Positions 39,176 to 48,520 of a stretch of DNA of 64,000 bases are shown one piece after another. The DNA comes from an uncultured Acidimicrobiaceae bacterium (GTDB lineage: Bacteria > Actinomycetota > Acidimicrobiia > Acidimicrobiales > Bog-793), in the NCBI GenBank assembly GCA_963801185.1, contig CAWDDW010000003.1, forward strand, positions 412,893-476,892, read 5' to 3'. The notes beneath the pieces were generated by a model that worked only from the letters and a program-made list of their open reading frames with translations, searched no databases and was not told where the DNA came from. Made by a program: the position numbers and the translations under genes. Each line of letters begins with the position of its first letter. Positions within the stretch are counted from its first letter, which is position 1.

Positions 39176-40326
39176 CCGAGCGCCTGCTCCACTCGCTCGA
39201 GCATGCGGGCGGTGCACCCGGCCATCTCGATCGGCGGCGCGATCACGGTGAGGATGCGATCCGCGATGACGCCGAACACCTGCGCAAGCGGCCCGTCCCC
39301 GAGGGCGACCGGCTCTCCGGCGTCCCCGGCGGCCGAAGCGTCGGGATGGAGCGGGATCTCCCCGATCAGGGGCACGCCGATCTCGGCAGCGAGGCGAGCG
39401 CCCCCGCCCCGACCGAACAGCGCGTACTCCTCGCCGTGCTCGCACACGAACGGGGACATGTTCTCGATCACGCCGGCGACCCGCAGATGGCCCTTGCGAG
39501 CCATGTCGGCGGCCCGGCCCGCAACCTTTTGGGCAGCGAGCGGCGGCGTCGTGATCACGAGCACCTCGGTGCGCGGCAGCATGCGGGCGAGGCCCATCTG
39601 TATGTCGCCCGTGCCGGGCGGCAGGTCGACGAACAGGTAGTCGAGGTCGCCCCAGGCGACGTCTTCAAGGAAGTGCTGGACAGCTCGGTTGAGCACCAAC
39701 CCACGCCACATGATGGCCGTGTCCTCATCCGCCAAGAAGCCCATGCTGATCACCCGCACCACCCCTCCCGCTCCCAGCAGCTGCCGCTCGAGCGGGACCA
39801 TCTTCTTGTTGCGGGCGTTGATGTCCCCTTCCATCCCGAGCAGGCGCGGGACGGAGTGGCCCCACACGTCGGCGTCCAGAATGCCGACCGCGTGGCCCCG
39901 CGAGGCGATCGCCACAGCCAGGTTGACCGTGACCGACGACTTGCCGACGCCGCCCTTGCCGGACGCGATGGCGAGCACGCGGGTTGTCGCCGGCAAGTCC
40001 GTCGCGAGCTCGGACCGCTCCTGGGCGCGCAGACGGGCTCGGGACATGAGCTCGCTCCGCTCGGGCTGGGTCATCACGCCCGTTCGGACCTCGACGCCGG
40101 TGACTCCTGGGACGGTGCGGACTGCACGCTCGACGTCGTCTTTCAGCTGCGTGCGGAGCGGGCAGCTCGCGATGGTGAGGGCGATCTCGGCCATGACCTC
40201 GCCCGTGGCCGTGGCGGTGACGGCGCGCACCATCCCGAGGCTCACGATGTCGTCGCCGAGCTCCGGGTCGACGACGCCACGAAGCGCTTCTGTGACCCGG
40301 TCGGGCAGGTCTTCTGGCTGGTGCAC
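39172..40326 (-). CDS. mrp: Mrp/NBP35/ApbC-type Fe-S cluster carrier ATPase with N-terminal DUF59 domain
   Basis: The DUF59 segment is ALRGVVDPELGDDIVSLGMV. The P-loop is VLAIASGKGGVGKSSVTVNLA, followed by DYLFVDLPPGTGD. Confidence 0.9.
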   Translation of the reverse strand: MHQPEDLPDRVTEALRGVVDPELGDDIVSLGMVRAVTATATGEVMAEIALTIASCPLRTQLKDDVERAVRTVPGVTGVEVRTGVMTQPERSELMSRARLRAQERSELATDLPATTRVLAIASGKGGVGKSSVTVNLAVAIASRGHAVGILDADVWGHSVPRLLGMEGDINARNKKMVPLERQLLGAGGVVRVISMGFLADEDTAIMWRGLVLNRAVQHFLEDVAWGDLDYLFVDLPPGTGDIQMGLARMLPRTEVLVITTPPLAAQKVAGRAADMARKGHLRVAGVIENMSPFVCEHGEEYALFGRGGGARLAAEIGVPLIGEIPLHPDASAAGDAGEPVALGDGPLAQVFGVIADRILTVIAPPIEMAGCTARMLERVEQALG

Positions 40327-40440
40327 GATGAAAGCAGGCTACCGACGGGAATGCCCGGGGAGGCAGCTCGGTTGTGACCTGCGGCTACAATTGATCCGCA
40401 CCTCTGCGTGAGCGTGCGGGATTTGAGGAGGCAGCACTCT

Positions 40441-40806
40441 GTGAGCATCGCTACTACGTCAGTGCAGATCGGCAAGCGGCCGAGCCCTGTCACGCTCTCC
40501 GACGAGGCGACGGTCAAGGTCGGCGAGCTGCTCTCGCAGGAGGGCAACCCTGAGCTGGCGCTCCGCGTCGCAGTTCGCCCAGGCGGCTGCTCGGGCTACA
40601 GCTACGAGATGTTCTTCGACTCCGAGATCGCCGACGACGATGTAGTCCGGACCTTCGGCGCCGTGAAGGTCGTCGTCGACCCTGAGAGCGCCGATCTGCT
40701 CAAGGGTTCCACTCTCGACTACAAGGACGGGCTCCAGGGCGCCGGCTTCCACATCTCGAACCCCAACGCTTCGCGTACCTGCGGTTGCGGGTCCTCGTTC
40801 AGCTGA
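40441..40806 (+). CDS. HesB/IscA/SufA-type Fe-S cluster insertion protein
   Basis: GAGGAGG lies 10 nt before the GTG at 40441. The motifs are GGCSGYSYEMFFD and the C-terminal CGCGSSFS. Confidence 0.9.
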   Translation: MSIATTSVQIGKRPSPVTLSDEATVKVGELLSQEGNPELALRVAVRPGGCSGYSYEMFFDSEIADDDVVRTFGAVKVVVDPESADLLKGSTLDYKDGLQGAGFHISNPNASRTCGCGSSFS

Positions 40807-40824
40807 TCGCCTGAGCCACCGATC

Positions 40825-41172
40825 GTGCCCCCGGTAGGCCCGTATACGCCCGTCGTCCGCGCAGGCGACTGGTTGATCGTGTCCGGCCAGCTCGGCCGAA
40901 CCGCCGACGGCGAGTTCGTCAGTGGCGTAGGAAACCAGACGATCCAGGCAGTCGCCAACATCGCCGAGCTCCTCGTGGGCCACGGAGCGTCTCTCTCCGA
41001 CGTCGTGAAGACGACCGTCCTGCTCGTGGACATCGCAGACTTCGGCGTCGTCAATGATGCCTACGTCACCGCCTTCGGCGATCACCGCCCAGCTCGGAGC
41101 GCTTTCGCCACGAACGGCCTGCCGCTCGGCGCTCTCGTCGAGATCGAGGCCTGGGCGTACTCCCCGCAATAA
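40825..41172 (+). CDS. ridA: RidA/YjgF family reactive-intermediate deaminase-like protein
   Basis: The motifs are GPYTPVVRAGDWLIVSGQLG...VVKTTVLLVDIADF...RPARSAFATNGLPLGALVEIEAWA. Confidence 0.85.
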   Translation: MPPVGPYTPVVRAGDWLIVSGQLGRTADGEFVSGVGNQTIQAVANIAELLVGHGASLSDVVKTTVLLVDIADFGVVNDAYVTAFGDHRPARSAFATNGLPLGALVEIEAWAYSPQ

Positions 41173-41193
41173 TCGAGTAGGCGACGGCGCGGG

Positions 41194-42447
41194 GTGCGCC
41201 GGGCTCGGGTGGCTTCTGTGGTAGCAACGGCGACAATGAGGAATTCAGGTGGCGATCGGCTCCGGCGGCGGGCTTCAGGCCCCCTACTGATCGGCGTGGC
41301 GGCGCTGGCGCTGTCCGCTTGCGGCGGAGGTGGGAAGCCTGCGAGCACCGTGCCCTCGTCGACACTGCCCCCGCTCCCGCCGAGCGTGGTGGCCTACGTC
41401 GCCATGGCCGGGTCGGGCGCCAACCTCGGTTACGGCCACGACCTCCAGTCCGTGACGGTGAGCGGCAGCGCCGGCGGCCCGGTCGTGGGCAAGAAGATCG
41501 CCGTCGGGACGTATCCTGACGCCGTAGCGGTCAACCCCGCAGGGACAATGGCCTACGTGGCGAACTACTCGTCCGGCTCGGTGACCCCTGTGAACCTCGC
41601 GACCGACACTCCCGGCACGCCGATAGACGCCGGCGTTGGCCCGGCAGGCATCGCCATCACCCCGGACGGGAAGACCGCCTACGTCACCGACGACGGCTCG
41701 GCGTCCGTTCTCGGCGACACCGTCACGCCGATCGATCTCGCCACGGGCAAGCCCGGGACGCCGATCACCGTCGGGTCCGGCCCGCAAGGGATCGTGATCA
41801 CGCCAGACGGTTCGACGGCATACGTCGCAGACGCCGGCGCCATCGTGACGGGCCAGAGCGGCGGAGTAGGCAACACCGTGACTCCCATCGATCTGTCCAC
41901 AAACACCGCCGGGCGACCCATCACCGTCGGCAACGGACCGACCGGCATGGCCATCACCACCGACGGCACGGTTGTCTTCGTCACGAACCTCGACTCCGGC
42001 AGCGTCACGCCGATCGCCACCGCCAACAACAGCGCAGGAGCCCCGATAGCCGTACCCGGAGGTCCGGTCGCTGTCACCATCGGCGGCGGCGACGCCTGGG
42101 TGGTCGACACGCCTTCGAACACCTCGGCCGGCAACAACGTGGTGCCGATCTCGATCTCCTCGGACACGGCCGGCGCGCCGATCGCGGTGCCGAAGGGCCC
42201 GCAGGACATCGCCATCACCCCGGACGGGAAGACGGCGTGGGTGACCTGCCTGAATGCCGACGCCCTCGTGCCGATCGCTATCGCGACGAAGACGGTGGGC
42301 GCGTCGATCACTCTCGAGGGTGGGCCGTTCGCCCTGGCGATCGCAGATCAGGTCCTGGGTGGCGGCCGAGGTGCGACAACTACGACAACTACGGCGGCGG
42401 CCACGACGAGTGCGACGGTGAAGCACAAGAAGAAAAAGAAGTCCTGA
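41194..42447 (+). CDS. lipoprotein with YVTN-type beta-propeller repeats
   Basis: The lipobox is LALSACGGGG. About 7 repeats of about 40 aa follow, of the form G-x-x-P-x-G-I-A-I-T-P-D-G-K-T-A-Y-V-(T/A)-(N/D). The tail is TTTTTTAAATTSATVKHKKKKKS. An alternative start is M at 41236. Confidence 0.85.
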   Translation: MRRARVASVVATATMRNSGGDRLRRRASGPLLIGVAALALSACGGGGKPASTVPSSTLPPLPPSVVAYVAMAGSGANLGYGHDLQSVTVSGSAGGPVVGKKIAVGTYPDAVAVNPAGTMAYVANYSSGSVTPVNLATDTPGTPIDAGVGPAGIAITPDGKTAYVTDDGSASVLGDTVTPIDLATGKPGTPITVGSGPQGIVITPDGSTAYVADAGAIVTGQSGGVGNTVTPIDLSTNTAGRPITVGNGPTGMAITTDGTVVFVTNLDSGSVTPIATANNSAGAPIAVPGGPVAVTIGGGDAWVVDTPSNTSAGNNVVPISISSDTAGAPIAVPKGPQDIAITPDGKTAWVTCLNADALVPIAIATKTVGASITLEGGPFALAIADQVLGGGRGATTTTTTAAATTSATVKHKKKKKS

Positions 42448-42459
42448 CGCAACCGCTTG

Positions 42460-43152
42460 CTAGGACCCCGATCCCGGAAGCCACCGGACGCTGCCGAACC
42501 GGTACCCCACCGACCGCACGGTCTCGATGAGATGAGCTTGCTCCTCGCCGAGCTTGGCCCGCAGCCGCCGCACGTGGACGTCTACGGTCCGCGCCCCACC
42601 GAAGTACTCGTACCCCCAGACGCGTGACAGCAGCACCTCCCGGGTGAACACCTTGCCCGGGTGCGCTGCCAGGAACCGCAACAGCTCGTACTCCATGAAG
42701 GTCAGGTCGAGTGGGCGCCCCGACAGGGCCGCCTGGTACGTCTCGAGGTTCAGCGCGAGAGGGCCGTACACGATCAGGTCGTGCTGCTTGCCCCGGCCCG
42801 TCCGCCAGAACAGGTGCGCCAACCGCGCCTCGACCTCGGCCACCGACGCGCCCGAGACGACGAAGTCGTCGAACAAGTCCTCCCGCAATTCGAGCTCACC
42901 CAGCTGGCCCTTCTCGACCACCAACAGCAGGGGCGCCAGGGCAGACTCGCGCTTTCGCAGCGCCCGGCACAGCAAGAAACCGGCATCGCTCTCACTGCCC
43001 GCCACCACCACCGCTCCCGCCCATCCGTCCTCGGGCTCGAGCCTGTTGGCGACGTTCACGTCCGCGACCGCACGCCACGGATAGGCGGCCGCGTCGAGGA
43101 CGCCGGTCAACCACTCCGGTGGCGGGTCGGGGAAGACGAGAAGCGGGTCCAT
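42460..43152 (-). CDS. glnR: GlnR-type orphan OmpR-family regulator (atypical receiver + winged helix)
   Basis: The C-terminal half, LDLTFMEYELLRFLAAHPGKVFTREVLLSRVWGYEYFGGARTVDVHVRRLRAKLGEEQAHLIETVRSVGYRF, closely resembles what I recall of actinomycete GlnR. So does AEVEARL. No cognate kinase is adjacent, and the gene neighbours two GS genes. Confidence 0.8.
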   Translation of the reverse strand: MDPLLVFPDPPPEWLTGVLDAAAYPWRAVADVNVANRLEPEDGWAGAVVVAGSESDAGFLLCRALRKRESALAPLLLVVEKGQLGELELREDLFDDFVVSGASVAEVEARLAHLFWRTGRGKQHDLIVYGPLALNLETYQAALSGRPLDLTFMEYELLRFLAAHPGKVFTREVLLSRVWGYEYFGGARTVDVHVRRLRAKLGEEQAHLIETVRSVGYRFGSVRWLPGSGS

Positions 43153-43218
43153 GTCAGTGGGCTGGGGCCAGGGCGCTGGACCCGGGGTGGGCGCGGCCGC
43201 CGGGTCTCGGGGTCTCGG

Positions 43219-44568
43219 TCACAGGGACGGGAGGTACCGGACGAGCTCGAACGGCGTCACCTCGCGCTTGTACGCCGCCCACTCCGCCCGCTTGTTGCGG
43301 AGGAACCACTCGAAGACGTGCTCGCCGAGCGTCTCGGCCACGAGCTCGGAGCGCTCCATCACAGACAGGGCGTCGGCGAGCGAGCTCGGCAACGGGCGGA
43401 TCCCTTCGGAGGCCAGCTCTTCGGGTGTGAGGGAGAACAGGTTGGAGGAGGCCTCCGGCGGCAGCTCGTACTTCGCCTCGATACCCCGGAGCCCGGCAGC
43501 GAGCACCAACGCGAACGTGAGGTACGGATTGCAGGCCGGGTCGGGCGCCCGGTACTCGATGCGAGTCGACTCCGAGCGGCCCCGCTTCGCGATCGGGACC
43601 CGGATGAGCGCTGAACGGTTGTTGTAGGCCCACGACACGTGGACGGGAGCCTCGTAGCCGATGACCAGCCGCTTGTACGAGTTGACCCACTGGTTCGTGA
43701 CTGCCGTGATCTCGGGAGCGTGCTCCAGCACCCCGGCGATGAAGTGCCTGCCGAGCGAGGAGAGCCCGTGCTCGTCACCCGGGTCGTTGAAGGCGTTCTT
43801 GTCACCCTCGAACAGCGAGAAGTGAGTGTGCATGCCAGAGCCCTGGACGCCGGCCAAGGGCTTGGGCATGAAGCTCGCGTACACCCCCTCTTGCTGTGCG
43901 ATCTCCTTCGCCACTAGCCGGACGGTCATCACGGTGTCGGCCATGGTGAGCGCGTCGGTGTAGCGGAGATCGATCTCGTGCTGGCTCGGAGCATCCTCGT
44001 GCTGGGAGTACTCGACGGGGATCCCCATGTCCTCCAAGGTCAGAACGGTCCGCTTCCGGAGGTCAGACGCGAGATCGGCCACGGTCAGCTCGAAGTACGA
44101 GCCGCTGTCGAGTGGTCTCGGCGGTTCGGAGGGATCGGACGAGGCGAAATAGAAGTACTCGATCTCCGGCGCGGCGTAAAAGGAGTATCCGAGCCCGTGC
44201 GCCCGCTCGAGTGCGCGCCGCAGCACCTGGCGGGGGCAGCCCTCGAACGGCGTGCCGTCGAGGTTCAAGATGTCGCAGAACACCCGTGCGACCGATGACG
44301 ACTCGTGGTCGCTACGGCTCGAGCGAAGGGGCAAGATCTGGAAGGTCTTCGGGTCCGGCTTGGCGAGCACGTCCGACTCCTGCACCCGGCTGAACCCGTC
44401 GATTGCCGACCCGTCGAACGTCATGCCCTCGTCGAGCGCGTTCTCAAGCTCGGCGGGAGTGATGGCAAATGACTTCGGTGTCCCGAGGACATCGGTGAAC
44501 CACAACTGGACGAAACGCACCCCGCGTTCCTCCACCGTTCTCAACACATACTCCCGCTGACTCTGCAT
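43219..44568 (-). CDS. glutamine synthetase family protein (GlnA2-like, type I fold)
   Basis: The start MQSQREYVLRTVEERGVRFVQLWFTDVLG is at ATG 44566-44568. GS motifs occur throughout. At the position of the adenylylation Tyr the sequence reads SNLFSLTPEE, so Phe replaces Tyr. Confidence 0.9.
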   Translation of the reverse strand: MQSQREYVLRTVEERGVRFVQLWFTDVLGTPKSFAITPAELENALDEGMTFDGSAIDGFSRVQESDVLAKPDPKTFQILPLRSSRSDHESSSVARVFCDILNLDGTPFEGCPRQVLRRALERAHGLGYSFYAAPEIEYFYFASSDPSEPPRPLDSGSYFELTVADLASDLRKRTVLTLEDMGIPVEYSQHEDAPSQHEIDLRYTDALTMADTVMTVRLVAKEIAQQEGVYASFMPKPLAGVQGSGMHTHFSLFEGDKNAFNDPGDEHGLSSLGRHFIAGVLEHAPEITAVTNQWVNSYKRLVIGYEAPVHVSWAYNNRSALIRVPIAKRGRSESTRIEYRAPDPACNPYLTFALVLAAGLRGIEAKYELPPEASSNLFSLTPEELASEGIRPLPSSLADALSVMERSELVAETLGEHVFEWFLRNKRAEWAAYKREVTPFELVRYLPSL

Positions 44569-44629
44569 GTTGCAATCCTCGCAGTTCAACGGCACCAACG
44601 CCTACTCCGGGACCGGTCGCCGGGTGCGT

Positions 44630-44652
44630 GTTCACGCGCCGTTCATGTTCGG
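44630..44652. promoter_or_regulatory. candidate GlnR/OmpR-type operator: direct GTTCA(C/T/G) repeats
   Basis: GTTCAC is at 44630-44635, GTTCAT at 44641-44646 (11-bp spacing) and GTTCGG at 44647-44652. The site lies in the divergent glnA2-like/glnA intergenic region. The match to the published GlnR box (gTnAc-n6-GaAAc) is only loose. Confidence 0.3.
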
Positions 44653-44786
44653 GCAACAGTGGGGCAATAGGCGTCTGACAACCTCGCTGTGGCACACTCG
44701 GGCGCCGATTGGCGTGCCGATCGCGGGCCGGACACCCGGATCCCGCAACCCGACTCGAAGAAGCCCAACTCGAACAAGGAGGAGAC

Positions 44787-46211
44787 GTGCAGGAACGTAC
44801 CGCTGCTGAGGTCGTTCGTCTGATGGATGACGAGGGGGTCGAGATGATCGACTTCCGTTTTTGTGACCTGCCTGGACTGATGCAGCACTTTTCCGTGCCG
44901 GCTCACGAGCTCACCGAAGACGGCTTCGTCGACGGCTTCGGTTTCGACGGCTCCTCCATCCGCGGGTTCCAGGAGATCCAGGAATCGGACATGCTCCTGT
45001 TGCCGGATCCGGCGACAGCGGTCATCGATCCCTTCCGCCAGCACAAGACGCTGAACATCAACTGCTTCGTCCACGACCCTGTCACCGGCGAGAGCTACTC
45101 CCGTGACCCCCGCTACATCGCCCTCAAGGCCGAGCGGTACCTCAACACCACCGGTATCGCGGACACGATCTACTTCGGCCCGGAGGCGGAGTTCTTCATC
45201 TTCGACGACGTCCGTTACCACCAGGACCAGCACTCGGCCTCATACTCGGTCGACTCGATCGAAGGCGCATGGAACACGGCCCGCGACGAGAAGCCGAACC
45301 TCGGCTTCAAACCGCGTTACAAGGAGGGTTACTTCCCCGTCCCACCGGCCGACCACTTCCAGGACCTGCGCTCGGAGATGGTGCTCACGATGGAGCAGCT
45401 CGGCATCGAGATCGAGGTGCAGCACCACGAGGTGGGAACGGGTGGCCAGGCGGAGATCGACATGCGTTTCGACACGCTGCTGCGCATGGCCGACAAGCTG
45501 ATGCTCTACAAGTACGTCGTCAAGAACGTCGCTCGCAACGCCGGCTACACCGCCACGTTCATGCCCAAGCCGCTGTTCCAGGACAACGGCTCCGGCATGC
45601 ACTGCCACCAGTCGCTCTGGAAGGGGGGCGACCCGCTGTTCTACGCGGAGACCGGTTACGCAGGCTTGTCCGACATCGGCCGCTGGTACATCGGGGGCCT
45701 CTTGAAGCATGCCAAGTCGATTCTCGCCTTCGCCGCTCCAACCACGAACTCCTACAAGCGGCTCGTGCCCGGCTACGAGGCACCTGTGAACCTCGTGTAC
45801 TCACAGCGCAACCGGTCGGCTGCATGTCGCATCCCGATCTACTCGAAGAGCCCCAAGGCCAAGCGAGTCGAGTTCCGCTGTCCTGACCCGTCGGCCAACC
45901 CGTACATCGCGTTCGCCGCGATGCTGATGGCCGGCCTGGACGGTGTACAGAACCGGATCGAGCCGCCGGACCCGGTGGACAAGGACCTCTACGATCTCCC
46001 GCCGGAGGAGCTGGCCCAAGTGCCTCAGGTGCCCGCCTCACTCGACGAGGCGCTCTTTGCGCTCGAGACAGATCAGGACTTCCTGAAAGCAGGGGGAGTC
46101 TTCACTGACGACCTGATCGAGACCTGGATCAACTACAAGCGGCTCCACGAGATCGATGCCGTCCGGCTCCGGCCGCACCCGTGGGAGTTCCACCTCTACT
46201 ACGACATCTAG
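44787..46211 (+). CDS. glnA: glutamine synthetase type I (GSI-beta)
   Basis: An AAGGAGG RBS precedes the GTG at 44787. The N-terminus is [30 protein letters not shown]. The adenylylation-site context [10 protein letters not shown] retains Tyr. The track start at 44709 is too far upstream. Confidence 0.93.
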   Translation: MQERTAAEVVRLMDDEGVEMIDFRFCDLPGLMQHFSVPAHELTEDGFVDGFGFDGSSIRGFQEIQESDMLLLPDPATAVIDPFRQHKTLNINCFVHDPVTGESYSRDPRYIALKAERYLNTTGIADTIYFGPEAEFFIFDDVRYHQDQHSASYSVDSIEGAWNTARDEKPNLGFKPRYKEGYFPVPPADHFQDLRSEMVLTMEQLGIEIEVQHHEVGTGGQAEIDMRFDTLLRMADKLMLYKYVVKNVARNAGYTATFMPKPLFQDNGSGMHCHQSLWKGGDPLFYAETGYAGLSDIGRWYIGGLLKHAKSILAFAAPTTNSYKRLVPGYEAPVNLVYSQRNRSAACRIPIYSKSPKAKRVEFRCPDPSANPYIAFAAMLMAGLDGVQNRIEPPDPVDKDLYDLPPEELAQVPQVPASLDEALFALETDQDFLKAGGVFTDDLIETWINYKRLHEIDAVRLRPHPWEFHLYYDI

Positions 46212-46214
46212 GTC

Positions 46215-46257
46215 GTCGACCTCGTCGACGCTTCGAATCGCGTCGGCGAGGTCGGAC
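46215..46257. terminator. long imperfect hairpin between convergent glnA and hydrolase genes
   Basis: The structure is GTCGACCTCGTCGACGC-ttcgaat-GCGTCGGCGAGGTCGGAC, beginning 4 nt after the glnA stop. Confidence 0.5.
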
Positions 46258-46289
46258 AGGCAGCAAGCTTGCCCGAATCCGCTGGAGGG

Positions 46290-47057
46290 CTACGAGCGGT
46301 ATCGGCTGTCGCCCTCTACGGCTTTCAAGTGCGCATCGAAGAACGCGAGGATGCGTCGACGTGCATCTCGCGCAGAGCCCTCGTGGTAGCCCGATCCCGG
46401 CGACAGTATTCCGAAGACCGGCTCCAAGATGGAGAACGGGAATGGATTCTTATCTCCAGATCCTTCGTGGTCGTTGAGAAAGGAGTGGCCGGCATCCGGG
46501 TACTCCTTGACGTCGTGTTCTACCCCGACGGCCGTCAATGCTCGCTCGAGGCGATCGGCGGCCCCTCGCAGTGTGCGATCCTTGCGGCCGTAGCTTCCGA
46601 CAATCGGGCAAGCCTGTCTCAGGAAGCTGGCCGTGTAGGCATCTTTTGGAGCGGTGCCGTAGTTGACGCTCGACACGTTGAATCCGCGATCGGCTGCGAG
46701 CAGCAGGGCGAACCCTCCGCCCATGCAGTAGCCGATCACGCCGATCCTGCCTGTGCAGTCCTCCCGGGCCGCCAGCCAGACGCGTGCCGCCTCGATGTCG
46801 TCGAACGACCGTCCCTGTCCGGCGCGCACATCGCGCATGACCGAGATCATGCAGGCCACCATCCCTCTCCCAGAGAAGAGGTCCGGCGCTACGGCGAGGT
46901 ACCCTTCGCCTGCTAGCCAGTCAGCCTGGTTCCGTAAGTCCTGGCTCATCCCCATTGCGTCGTGGATGACGACGACACCTGGCCAGGGGCCCTCGCCCGC
47001 AGGTGTCGCCAGGTAGGACGGCAGCTCACCAGGGGTGGGGATCATCACCTCGGCCAT
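46290..47057 (-). CDS. dienelactone hydrolase family protein
   Basis: The start [19 protein letters not shown] is at ATG 47055-47057. The nucleophile motif is [14 protein letters not shown], and the His region is YPDAGHSF. The 380-aa track ORF is an over-extension. Confidence 0.85.
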   Translation of the reverse strand: MAEVMIPTPGELPSYLATPAGEGPWPGVVVIHDAMGMSQDLRNQADWLAGEGYLAVAPDLFSGRGMVACMISVMRDVRAGQGRSFDDIEAARVWLAAREDCTGRIGVIGYCMGGGFALLLAADRGFNVSSVNYGTAPKDAYTASFLRQACPIVGSYGRKDRTLRGAADRLERALTAVGVEHDVKEYPDAGHSFLNDHEGSGDKNPFPFSILEPVFGILSPGSGYHEGSARDARRRILAFFDAHLKAVEGDSRYRS

Positions 47058-47656
47058 CACGACTCCCTGGAGGCGGGTGGTCGTCCCGGACGGTCCGCAC
47101 TGGCGACGCCGTTCGATACAACGTTTGCCGCGAGCCGTTTGCCCCATTCTCGGGCGCGGGTCTCCTCGTCCGGTTCGAGGTGATTCTGCAAGGTGACGAA
47201 GAAGCTCTCGGGCTTGGCCACCACCTCGAACCCATGCCTCCGAAGCTTTCGGCTGATTGGCCTCGACGCCCTCCCTCTGAGAACTGCTGGACCTTTGAAG
47301 CGGGTGTCGAAGGCAGCAAACTTTGTGTGGCCATGGCCCAGCGCCCTGAGCCAGCCACGCACGCCTGGGCCTTCGGCGTCGCGATCGAGCACCAGATCGT
47401 TCTTGGGTTTTTGCGCAGTGGCGGCCGCCCACTTGCGGGTGCGGGTTCGACTCATGCCGTGAAAATGGGTGGGACCGCCCACCACGAGCAGGTCGGCGTC
47501 GCCCAACTGTTCTCGGCCTGCCTCAACCACCGGGACCACGACCACGTTGTCCACCGGCTCAAGGCCCTGGCCAATACCCTTGCCAATGGCATCGGCGATC
47601 GCGTGGGTGTTACCAAACATCGACTCGTAGACGACCACTGCCCGCATGGGCCACAT
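47057..47656 (-). CDS. flavodoxin-like fold protein
   Basis: The motifs are [19 protein letters not shown] and LLVVGGPTH. The stop overlaps the downstream start (TGATG). Confidence 0.7.
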   Translation of the reverse strand: MWPMRAVVVYESMFGNTHAIADAIGKGIGQGLEPVDNVVVVPVVEAGREQLGDADLLVVGGPTHFHGMSRTRTRKWAAATAQKPKNDLVLDRDAEGPGVRGWLRALGHGHTKFAAFDTRFKGPAVLRGRASRPISRKLRRHGFEVVAKPESFFVTLQNHLEPDEETRAREWGKRLAANVVSNGVASADRPGRPPASRES

Positions 47657-47715
47657 CCCCTGTGCTTGCCGGCCGCCCGAAACGGCCTCACACCGAGGAT
47701 GCTAGCTGTGCTTCG

Positions 47716-48288
47716 TCATCGGGCTCCGAGGAAGTCCAGCACGCGTCGGGTCAGGAGGGAGGCTGCGCTTGCGTCGTAAGACGGGAGGCTCGGGTCGGCG
47801 AAGAGGTGCTGATCACCGGGGTAGAGGAACAGTTCCGCGTGCTCCGCCGACTCGACGAGTCCGCGAGCGGCGTCAAAGTCGCCCTCGTCGACGAACATCG
47901 GGGCTGCCTCCATGGCGTGGACCTGCACGGTGACATCTGCGGGCCGCGAGGACGCGAACTCCGAGATCGGCACACAGGAGTGGAACAGCAACGCCCCTTT
48001 TGCCCCCGGGCGGGTCTCGGCCAACTTCTGCGCCGGCAGCACACCGAGCGAGAACCCGGCGTAGATCTCACTCCGCAGCTCGTCTGCGGCACGAACCCCG
48101 CGCTCGATGATGTCGCCGAATCCGATCTCTCCGGCGTACGCGACACCTTCATCGAGCGTACGGAGGGTCCGGCCTTCGTAGAGGTCCGGAGTGTGGACGG
48201 CGTGCCCGGCGGGTCGCAGCTCATCGGCGAAAGCGACGAAGCCCGACGTCTGACCCTGTGCGTGGTGGAACAACAACACCTCAGCCAT
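47716..48288 (-). CDS. dienelactone hydrolase-like alpha/beta hydrolase
   Basis: The start MAEVLLFHHAQG is at 48288. The motifs are YAGFSLGV (Ser nucleophile) and YPGDQHLF. Confidence 0.7.
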   Translation of the reverse strand: MAEVLLFHHAQGQTSGFVAFADELRPAGHAVHTPDLYEGRTLRTLDEGVAYAGEIGFGDIIERGVRAADELRSEIYAGFSLGVLPAQKLAETRPGAKGALLFHSCVPISEFASSRPADVTVQVHAMEAAPMFVDEGDFDAARGLVESAEHAELFLYPGDQHLFADPSLPSYDASAASLLTRRVLDFLGAR

Positions 48289-48520
48289 CTCCGACCGGTT
48301 CCTTCCGTGAGCGGCAACCGTGAGTGCCACGGCCCCGTTTGCAGCGACGAGCCAATACTTTGAGGGGGGTTAACCCCAACAGGAAGAGACCCGCTAGCAG
48401 CCTTCTCATCGGCGTGGGAAATCCTTAGGTTGGAATGATCAGGTGCACGTTCGCCGAGACAGATGATCAGAAGGAGAGATCGATGAGATCGGGGTACGTC
48501 TTCGTGAAAGGCTCACTCAA

